From: an uncultured Eubacteriaceae bacterium
GTDB taxonomy: Bacteria > Bacillota > Clostridia > Lachnospirales > CAG-274
Reading direction: 5' to 3'
Assembly: GCA_946497035.1 (NCBI GenBank)
Contig: CAMMIW010000006.1
Location: 8,786 to 32,785, forward strand
DNA: 24,000 nucleotides
Positions 17,481-24,000 of this stretch are shown piece after piece. The notes under the pieces are model-generated. The model saw nothing but the letters and a program-made list of their open reading frames with translations. It was not told the origin of the DNA and ran no database searches. Positions within the stretch are counted from its first letter, which is position 1; every line of letters starts with the position of its first letter. The position numbers and the translations under genes are program-made.

Positions 17481-19055
17481 CTATCGATAAATTTTAATCT
17501 TTCCATCTACATTAGTTATAGTGCACTTATCTAGGTCTTCTTTTATATAAATAACCGCATTATTTACAGCTATTCTTGTTCCTCCATATAAGCTTTCAAC
17601 AACTTGTATTTTAGCTATTCTAGAAGTAAAAAATGGAATTAGTTTTTTTATAGTTTTTTTGTATATTAATATTTTTTTCTTTATTTCTAATTTTTCTTTA
17701 ATAGACTTTTCTAAAATAAGTCTTTTTTCATATGATAATCTCTCAATATCTTCTGCCATTAATTTTTCAACTATTCTTTCTAGTTTTTCATACTTTTCTA
17801 ATGATTTATCTACCTTTTTAACTAAATCTTCATATTGATTTAAAACTTTATAGTTTATACCAACTGTTATATCAGTGCTACTAGACATAGTAGAGCCTAT
17901 ATACCTTGCTACTAAATCACCTGCTATCATAGATTTACCACCAGTTATTAAACCTTTTTGTCCCATTACAATAACATTGCCGTTACATAATATATCTGTA
18001 TGCATAATAGAATTTGAACTTATATCTTTTTCTGCTATAAGGGTTGCACTTTCAACAAAATTTAAAGTCATATTTTCGCCTGAAACTATTTTGGCTTTTC
18101 CACCACCTTGAACCCCTTTAGCAACATAAACACTACCACCAGATATAATTGTAGCTGCTTCTACACTTCCTTGAACTTCTACACTACCTTTGGCATTTAC
18201 AGTAAATCCACTCAAAACATTACCTTTTATAATAACGCTACCAACAAAATCTATATTACCTGTGCTATGATCAACGTCAGACTCTATTTCTAAAACAGGC
18301 ACGATATCTATAGAATTTTTCTTAAGCATTACACACCCACTCATAGCTGCCAATAATGTTTTTTCATCATCGGATATTTTTATGTTTTTGCCAGTAGGAA
18401 AATCTGGTGTTTCTTTAGGATCTTTGCTCTCTATTTCGTTATTATAAATATCTTTTCCATTTTCCCCTTTTACAGGTTGTATTTTTTTAATAAGAGGTGC
18501 ATCTTTTTGTATATTTCTAAATATATTTAAAGATTTGTAATCTAAGCTACCATCTTCTAAAATTTTAGGCTTTGTACTTTTTTTAGATGTATCAATACAA
18601 TACTCTAAATACCCATCTTTACTTTCTTCAGGATATATACCTTTAGCTAAAATATATGTTTTTGAATAATCTCTAGATGTTATAAATTTGTTTAGATCAT
18701 CTAAATTTATACCAAATACAATATTTAAGTCTGCTATTTTTTGTAAAATATCTTCTTTTGTTAATAGCTTACCTCTTCTAAAAGGTGGAAAAAATCTTGC
18801 TTCTGCTACCATTTTATCATCTGATATATAAACATCTATAGTTTCATCTATTTTAATAGCATTTTTATCTTTAGTTAAAAAAACATATTCTTCGCCGTTT
18901 TCTATGTCTTTTTCCAATTCAAAATAATTGAAATTTTTTATATTATACCCTTTAACTATTTCTATTATATCATCTTTAGGGTTAGATTTTTTATAATCTA
19001 CTAAAAAATATAATCCGTCGTCTTGTGGTTCTATTCTATCTAAAATATTATTCAT
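17481..19055 (-). CDS. DUF342 / FapA-family (flagellar assembly protein A-like) protein
   Basis: The central repeat region HSTGNIDFVGSVIIKGNVLSGFTVNAKGSVEVQGSVEAATIISGGSVYVAKGVQGGGKAKIVSGENM..FVESATLIAEKDI...GQKGLITGGKSMIAGDLVARYIGS is characteristic of DUF342, and a coiled-coil C-terminus follows. The start is either the ATG at 19055 (AGGA 6 nt upstream) or the ATG at 19073 (no RBS). Confidence 0.85.
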   Translation of the reverse strand: MNNILDRIEPQDDGLYFLVDYKKSNPKDDIIEIVKGYNIKNFNYFELEKDIENGEEYVFLTKDKNAIKIDETIDVYISDDKMVAEARFFPPFRRGKLLTKEDILQKIADLNIVFGINLDDLNKFITSRDYSKTYILAKGIYPEESKDGYLEYCIDTSKKSTKPKILEDGSLDYKSLNIFRNIQKDAPLIKKIQPVKGENGKDIYNNEIESKDPKETPDFPTGKNIKISDDEKTLLAAMSGCVMLKKNSIDIVPVLEIESDVDHSTGNIDFVGSVIIKGNVLSGFTVNAKGSVEVQGSVEAATIISGGSVYVAKGVQGGGKAKIVSGENMTLNFVESATLIAEKDISSNSIMHTDILCNGNVIVMGQKGLITGGKSMIAGDLVARYIGSTMSSSTDITVGINYKVLNQYEDLVKKVDKSLEKYEKLERIVEKLMAEDIERLSYEKRLILEKSIKEKLEIKKKILIYKKTIKKLIPFFTSRIAKIQVVESLYGGTRIAVNNAVIYIKEDLDKCTITNVDGKIKIYR

Positions 19056-19090
19056 AAAAATTCCTACTTTCATAGTCAGTCTATTAATAG

Positions 19091-19148
19091 ATTATAAATA
19101 TAATATAAATTATAAATATAATATAAATTATAAATATAATAAATTATA
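19091..19148. repeat. 18-bp tandem direct repeat (about 3.3 copies) spanning the fliA stop codon and the fliA-DUF342 intergenic region
   Basis: On the plus strand, ATTATAAATATAATATAA occurs at 19091-19108 and 19109-19126 (identical). A third copy at 19127-19142 lacks 2 nt, followed by a partial ATTATA at 19143-19148. Confidence 0.85.
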
Positions 19149-19895
19149 GCTTTTACCCAACTTACTTTTTAATATTTTCATACAATTAGAATGTATTTGA
19201 GAAACTCTAGATTCTGATACACCTAATATTTTACTTATTTCTTTAAGAGTAAGCTCTTCATAATAATATAATGTAATAACTTGTTTTTGTTTTTCAGTAA
19301 GACTATTTATTGCGTCTATTAAAATTTGTTTGTGTTCTTTTTCTTCAAAAACTTTTTCTGGTAAATACTTCTCATTTTCTATTAATGTGTCTACAGGCTT
19401 TTCGTGGTTTTGCTCTAAATAACTATCTAAAGATACTAAATTATATAAGGAATAGTTTTTTAAATAATCTTTCACCTGATCTAAAGGCATATTTAAGATT
19501 TTTGCTAGTTCTTCTTCTGTTGGGTTTTTTCCTTTCTCTATTTCAAATTTTTCTATAGTTTCTTCTATAATTTTATTTTTTTGCCTTAAAGAACGAGGTA
19601 TCCAGTCTATTTTTCTAATGTTATCTATTATCTCACCTCTTATTCTAAGAGAAGCATATGTTTCAAATTTATAGCCTTTTTTATAGTCAAATTTTTCTAT
19701 AGCATCAATAAGCCCAAATATGCCATATCCTACTAAATCTTCATAGTCAATTTGAGAGTTAGTATATATATTCATTCTTCCTGCAACAATTTTTACCAAA
19801 CTGGCATATTTATTTATTATTTGTTCTCTTATAGCAAAGCTTTTAGATTTTTCATATTCTTGCCATAATTTAATATCTTCCAAGTTATTCACCAC
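19128..19895 (-). CDS. fliA: Flagellar sigma factor, sigma-28 (FliA/SigD/WhiG family)
   Basis: Region 2 reads DYEDLVGYGIFGLIDAIEKFDYKKGYKFETYASLRIRGEIIDNIRKIDWIPRSLRQK. Region 4 reads LTEKQKQVITLYYYEELTLKEISKILGVSESRVSQIHSNCMKIL. It lies after flhF/flhG. The start codon is uncertain: a GTG at 19895 with a weak SD, or a nearby GTG or TTG. Confidence 0.9.
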   Translation of the reverse strand: MVNNLEDIKLWQEYEKSKSFAIREQIINKYASLVKIVAGRMNIYTNSQIDYEDLVGYGIFGLIDAIEKFDYKKGYKFETYASLRIRGEIIDNIRKIDWIPRSLRQKNKIIEETIEKFEIEKGKNPTEEELAKILNMPLDQVKDYLKNYSLYNLVSLDSYLEQNHEKPVDTLIENEKYLPEKVFEEKEHKQILIDAINSLTEKQKQVITLYYYEELTLKEISKILGVSESRVSQIHSNCMKILKSKLGKSYNLLYL

Positions 19896-19905
19896 ACTTT
19901 TATAC

Positions 19906-20217
19906 TTATTGTATATTGCCTATGTTATTTTCTTCCATATCAATATTTTCAATGTCTTCATTTTCTTGTTCATATATTTCTTCTTGCTCATTAGCTTCTT
20001 GTAATATATTTTCTTCGGCTAGTTTTTTTTCTTCTTCAATTTTTTTAAATTGATTTTGTAAAAAAATTTCAATAAAACCACCTAAAAAATAAAAAACAAC
20101 TATTGTAACTATTAGTGTATATCCTGTTTTTAAAAAATCTATTTTATATAAATAAGCATATGCTGTAACGATTAAGCTTGCAAGTATTGTTATTTTTATT
20201 CTAAGCTTTTCTAACAT
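19906..20217 (-). CDS. Hypothetical two-TM membrane protein with a strongly acidic C-terminal tail (orf103)
   Basis: I set the start at the ATG at 20217 (MLEKLRIK...), 5 nt after AAGGTGG. This removes the overlap with cheD. The TM helices are ITILASLIVTAYAYLY and YTLIVTIVVFYFLGGFIEIFL. The tail reads EEEKKLAEENILQEANEQEEIYEQENEDIENIDMEENN. Confidence 0.55.
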   Translation of the reverse strand: MLEKLRIKITILASLIVTAYAYLYKIDFLKTGYTLIVTIVVFYFLGGFIEIFLQNQFKKIEEEKKLAEENILQEANEQEEIYEQENEDIENIDMEENNIGNIQ

Positions 20218-20230
20218 AAATACCACCTTT

Positions 20231-20722
20231 TTATATAGTATATGTTCCGTGTTCAATAGTTTTTATAATAAACTTACCATCTGCTGCGTGTAACTCAACA
20301 GTTCTTCCAAAAGTTTTACCAACATCTTTTGAAAGTATTTTTATACCTAACCTTTTCAACATATGCTCTGCCGCTTGAACATTTCTATCACCTATACGCA
20401 TGTTTTGCTGTGTAGAACCAAAAGCAAACATTTGAGCACCACCTGCTATTTTTGCAACAATTCTGCTTTGTTGTGCACCTTGTCTAATCATATCTTTAGT
20501 AAGCTTTATAGTTGCTAAATCTACAAATTTAGCAATATTTGTATTATTTTTTATTTCTTTACTATCTGGTAGCATAGCGTGTGCTAATCCGGCAACTTTA
20601 GATACAGGATCATATAAGGCTATACCAACACAAGAACCTAATCCTAAAGTTATTAAAACGCCTGTATTTTTAGCAACATTAAGATCTGCCATACCAACTA
20701 TTAAAGAACCAGAACTTATCAT
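20231..20722 (-). CDS. cheD: Chemoreceptor glutamine deamidase CheD
   Basis: 163 aa. ITLGLGSCVGIALYDPVSKVAGLAHAMLP contains the catalytic Cys motif, and there is a C-terminal ..GKTFGRTVELHAADGKF.IKT. This is the typical CheD length. Confidence 0.9.
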   Translation of the reverse strand: MISSGSLIVGMADLNVAKNTGVLITLGLGSCVGIALYDPVSKVAGLAHAMLPDSKEIKNNTNIAKFVDLATIKLTKDMIRQGAQQSRIVAKIAGGAQMFAFGSTQQNMRIGDRNVQAAEHMLKRLGIKILSKDVGKTFGRTVELHAADGKFIIKTIEHGTYTI

Positions 20723-20734
20723 AACAAACTTCCC

Positions 20735-21364
20735 CTATCTTAGAGTAAATCTAAATTTTTCCTCTTCAAAATTTTCAAAATAATTTTTTAATAAATACTC
20801 ATTTTCTGTATTTTCAAATTTTATTCTATATTGATTTTTATAATTGGCTTTAGGATAATATTGGCTTTGAACTATTTTACTATCTGCTATAAAATAATCG
20901 TTTTCAAACCATATTTTCATCTTAAAGCATAAATAATTTTCTATTTTACTATTAGTTAAAAATCTAATACCACCTAAACTAATGTCTTTTATTATAACAT
21001 TTATATTTTCTTGTTTATGTGGAGCTAATAATAAATTTATTTTATAATGTAAATTACAAAAATATCTTTCGTATTTACGTTTTTGATTATCTTTACATAT
21101 AGAATTTAATATATCTATTATATAATATTTTCTCCTATTAGTAAATTTAATTCCTACTGCTTTTACTAAAGCATTAATTACTTTATCTTTAGTGTTTATA
21201 ATTATATTATATGTTTCATTTTCATTTAATAAAGTTTCATTTTTATAAACATAAGGTAATTGTATTAAAATTTTATTTTCTGATAAAACTTCGTCAATAA
21301 AGGATATAAACAAATTATCGTTATATTGTATAATTACACGGTTACCTGTTTGCAAAAAATCCAC
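20735..21364 (-). CDS. PilZ domain protein, YcgR/MotI-like flagellar brake candidate
   Basis: The c-di-GMP binding motifs RxxxR (QKRKYERY) and D/NxSxxG (KDISLGGIRF) are present in the C-terminal half, and the N-terminal half resembles the YcgR N-domain. The start is ambiguous: a GTG at 21364, 2 nt after the flhG stop, or a TTG at 21355, 6 nt after GAGGTG. Confidence 0.85.
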   Translation of the reverse strand: MDFLQTGNRVIIQYNDNLFISFIDEVLSENKILIQLPYVYKNETLLNENETYNIIINTKDKVINALVKAVGIKFTNRRKYYIIDILNSICKDNQKRKYERYFCNLHYKINLLLAPHKQENINVIIKDISLGGIRFLTNSKIENYLCFKMKIWFENDYFIADSKIVQSQYYPKANYKNQYRIKFENTENEYLLKNYFENFEEEKFRFTLR

Positions 21365-21366
21365 CT

Positions 21367-22242
21367 CTACTTATTAAAAATACCCATTAGCTTTTGCATA
21401 AAGTTTTTAATGCCATTATTATCTATAATTACCTCTTCATTTATTATTCTATTTCCTATATCTTTTACCGCATTAGAAAATTCACTATTAGGAAAAGATA
21501 AAATAGCTGGTTTTTGTTGTTTAACCGCTTTTATAAGGGCAACATCTGAAGGTATATAACCTATATTTTGTATAGTTATACCTAAAAATTTGCTACAAAC
21601 GTGAGATATTTTTGTAAATATCCTATCTGCCTCATATTTATCATCGGCTTTATTTATAACAATATTAACCTTATCTATATTTCTATTTTGTTCCTTTATA
21701 ATTTTTATAAGGGTATAAGCATCTGTAAAAGATGTTGGCTCTGGTGTTGTTACGATTATGTTTTCGTCAGATGCCATTAAAAAGTTTGTAACATTTGGAG
21801 ATATACCAGCACCTGTATCTATTATAATAATATCAGCTATTTTATCTAAATATTCAAATTGCTCAATAAAATATCTTATTTCTGTACTATTTATATTAGA
21901 TAGCTCTTTAAGGCCATTACCACCAGATATAAATTTTATGCCATAACCTGTATCTACAACTATTTCGGATATATTTTTTTCACCTTTTAACATATGATAA
22001 AAGTTATATTTAGGCCTTATACCTAAAAGTACCTCTATATTAGCTAATCCAAAATCTGCATCTATTATTAATACACGCTTTTTAAGGCTTGCTAAATATA
22101 TAGCCAAGTTTACAGAAAAGCTAGATTTTCCAACCCCGCCTTTTCCACTACTAATTGTTATAACTCTAGAGTTAAGACTATTTTTTAATTTTAAATTTTG
22201 TGCATTGTTTATTAAATTTCTGAGCTCTTTAGCTTGATCCAT
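21367..22242 (-). CDS. flhG: MinD/ParA-type ATPase FlhG (YlxH/FleN)
   Basis: It has the N-terminal FlhF-activator motif MDQAKELRNL, the deviant Walker A SSGKGGVGKSS, and a C-terminal amphipathic helix (GIKNFMQKLMGIFNK). Its ATG shares one base with the flhF TAA (TAATG). Confidence 0.9.
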   Translation of the reverse strand: MDQAKELRNLINNAQNLKLKNSLNSRVITISSGKGGVGKSSFSVNLAIYLASLKKRVLIIDADFGLANIEVLLGIRPKYNFYHMLKGEKNISEIVVDTGYGIKFISGGNGLKELSNINSTEIRYFIEQFEYLDKIADIIIIDTGAGISPNVTNFLMASDENIIVTTPEPTSFTDAYTLIKIIKEQNRNIDKVNIVINKADDKYEADRIFTKISHVCSKFLGITIQNIGYIPSDVALIKAVKQQKPAILSFPNSEFSNAVKDIGNRIINEEVIIDNNGIKNFMQKLMGIFNK

Positions 22243-23405
22243 TATTTATACATACTCCCTAATAATACTTTAGCAATTTTTTCTCCAGAAAATTTTTCTA
22301 TATCAGAAGGAACATTTTGACCAACTGTAACATAAGCTATCTTATTTTTAGTTTTATGTGCTATATTTAATATTGTACCTATAGTGTCTGTTTCATCTAT
22401 TTTGGTAAAAATAATATTAAATTTTGTAAATTTAGAGTAAGTATTAATTATATTTTCAATATCTTCAAAATTACTTGTAGAACTAATAACAAGATATATT
22501 TCTGGATTTTCTATTTCTTTTAACAACTCTTTTATTTCTTCCATATTTTTCTCATTTTTATGAGATCTACCAGCTGTATCGAAGAAAATATAGTCATTAA
22601 TAAGGTTTAGCTTTTTAATTTTTTCTTTAACATCATCTATAGTATAAACAACCTCAACTTGGCTACCTAATATTTCGGCATAAGTTTTTAATTGTTCAAC
22701 GGCAGCTATCCTGTAGGTATCGGATGTTATAAAGCCAACTTTTTTACCTTTATTCATAATAAGTTCAGAAGATAACTTAGCTATAGTAGTAGTTTTACCT
22801 ACACCAGTAGTGCCTAAAAATACTATGCTTTTAGCCTCTTTACTTTTATTATCTTTTTCTATAACCAAATCTTCACAAACAGCTTTATCTAATATTTCTA
22901 TTATTTTATTATATACTACTTTTACAATTAAATCAATATTTTGATTGTTATCTTTGTCGACAGATGACAAAATATCGCTACAAACAGCAGGGTTCACACC
23001 TTTTGATACTAACATTTCATATATAAATTGTACTAATTGATTTTTATATTTAGTGTTATTTGCCCCCTTTTCTAAAGATAAGCTTTTCATAGCCTTTTCT
23101 AAATAGCTCTCTAGCTCTGCTATCCTTTTTTCTAACCTTTGGATAGTATTATCTTTCTCTTTTAGTTTGTCATCTAAATTATTAGAAGAAGCCTTAGAAA
23201 AAAAGCTTTTAGGTTTTTCTTCTAATTTAACTTTATTTTCATCATAAGAAGCTGTAAGCTCTATATAAGGCTTTTTTATTATAGAAAATATGCCTGTAGG
23301 TGTTATTTTTTTTATACTAAGAACAATAGCATCATTGCCAAGCTCTTTTTTTGCCATTTCTATAACTTGCTCCTCTGTTTCTCCTTGATACTTTTTTACC
23401 TTCAT
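22242..23405 (-). CDS. flhF: Flagellar biosynthesis SRP-type GTPase FlhF
   Basis: It has the N-terminal B-domain MKVKKYQGETEEQVIEMAKKELGNDAIVLSIKK, the NG domain with G1 GTTGVGKTTTIAKL, DTAGR and TKIDET motifs. Its ATG overlaps the flhA TAA (TAATG). Confidence 0.9.
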   Translation of the reverse strand: MKVKKYQGETEEQVIEMAKKELGNDAIVLSIKKITPTGIFSIIKKPYIELTASYDENKVKLEEKPKSFFSKASSNNLDDKLKEKDNTIQRLEKRIAELESYLEKAMKSLSLEKGANNTKYKNQLVQFIYEMLVSKGVNPAVCSDILSSVDKDNNQNIDLIVKVVYNKIIEILDKAVCEDLVIEKDNKSKEAKSIVFLGTTGVGKTTTIAKLSSELIMNKGKKVGFITSDTYRIAAVEQLKTYAEILGSQVEVVYTIDDVKEKIKKLNLINDYIFFDTAGRSHKNEKNMEEIKELLKEIENPEIYLVISSTSNFEDIENIINTYSKFTKFNIIFTKIDETDTIGTILNIAHKTKNKIAYVTVGQNVPSDIEKFSGEKIAKVLLGSMYK

Positions 23406-24000
23406 TAAATTCCCACCATTCCAATAGATTGAATTTCTGCACTAGGATCTATTTCATTATAACTAATAACTACTAAATCTGGTGCTACTTGCTCTACTAA
23501 CTTTTTAAAATAAATTCTAACAACAGGAGATGTAAGTATAATAGGTTGTATACCAAGAGATGTAAGCTTAGATAATTGTGTGTTTAAGCTATTAAATATC
23601 ATTTGTGTTCTTTCTGGATCTAAAGCTATAAAAGAGCCTTGCTCAGAATGTTGAACACTCTCCATTATCTCTTGCTCAAGCTGAGGATCTAACGTAATAA
23701 CTTTATTTTCTCCATTTGCAAAATATCTTTGGGATATGCTTCTTTTTAAAGATTGTCTTACATATTCTGTAAGCATATCTGTATCTCTAGTTACCTGAGC
23801 ATAGTCTGCTAAAGTTTCTAATATAGTTACTAAATCTCTAATAGATATACCTTCTTTAAGCAAATTAGCTAAAACTTTTTGAACTTCACCTATACCTAAT
23901 AATTTTGGTATTAATTCATCTACAAGAACAGGGTGATGCTCTTTCACATTGTCTATTAATGTTCGAACATCTTGTCTTGATAAAAGCTCGCTTAAGCTAT
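23405..24000 (-). CDS. flhA: Flagellar export apparatus protein FlhA, C-terminal cytoplasmic domain only (5' end outside the window)
   Basis: The frame stays open to the window edge (..SLSELLSRQDVRTLIDNVKEHHPVLVDELIPKLLGIGEVQKVLANLLKEGISIRDLVTILETLADYA...), which is a canonical FlhA-C sequence. The M in the ORF track is an internal GTG. Confidence 0.9.
   Translation of the reverse strand, partial: SLSELLSRQDVRTLIDNVKEHHPVLVDELIPKLLGIGEVQKVLANLLKEGISIRDLVTILETLADYAQVTRDTDMLTEYVRQSLKRSISQRYFANGENKVITLDPQLEQEIMESVQHSEQGSFIALDPERTQMIFNSLNTQLSKLTSLGIQPIILTSPVVRIYFKKLVEQVAPDLVVISYNEIDPSAEIQSIGMVGI

Noticed and set aside
17465-17506. Upstream in-frame extensions that create gene overlaps: orf101 (17465-17506), orf103 (20218-20256) and DUF342 (19056-19073)
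   Set aside because: In each case an internal ATG has a better-placed Shine-Dalgarno and removes a 26-nt overlap with the preceding gene. For DUF342, the internal ATG replaces an RBS-less start.
19091-19148. Possibility that the 18-bp repeats are a tiny CRISPR array
   Set aside because: The copies are directly adjacent with no spacers, the unit is pure A/T and much shorter than CRISPR repeats, and no cas genes are nearby.

Overview
Visibly AT-rich, densely coding chromosomal window that looks like a low-GC Firmicute (Clostridia-like). I saw no rRNA, tRNA, CRISPR array, transposase, integrase or phage gene. Left to right: (1) the 3' end of a mannose-family PTS operon (EIID, DUF956/ManO) and a YesL-like membrane protein on the + strand. 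(2) A tightly packed minus-strand operon, mgsA - Cof-type HAD phosphatase - MATE exporter - class-3-like aldehyde dehydrogenase. (3) A minus-strand oppABCDF peptide-uptake operon with a consensus sigma-A promoter, a long leader and a 14/15 CodY-box match further upstream. (4) obg-yhbY. (5) A solitary, divergent short flagellin gene on the + strand. (6) mecA. (7) The distal end of a large minus-strand flagellar operon: flhA (partial) - flhF - flhG - PilZ (YcgR-like) - cheD - orf103 - fliA/sigD - DUF342/FapA - orf101 - orf158 (SwrB-like topology) - orf91. Most of the window is ordinary housekeeping or motility content, and I do not see a clear novel multi-gene system such as a defence island. 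The best candidates for undescribed biology are the uncharacterised ORFs around sigma-28: orf103 immediately upstream, and the DUF342 + three small ORFs chained downstream. Other points of note are an 18-bp tandem repeat that reiterates the 3' end and stop codon of fliA, the atypical flagellin, and an 89-nt nested inverted-repeat element downstream of oppF. All calls rest on reading the translated ORFs and the DNA by eye. No database search was run.
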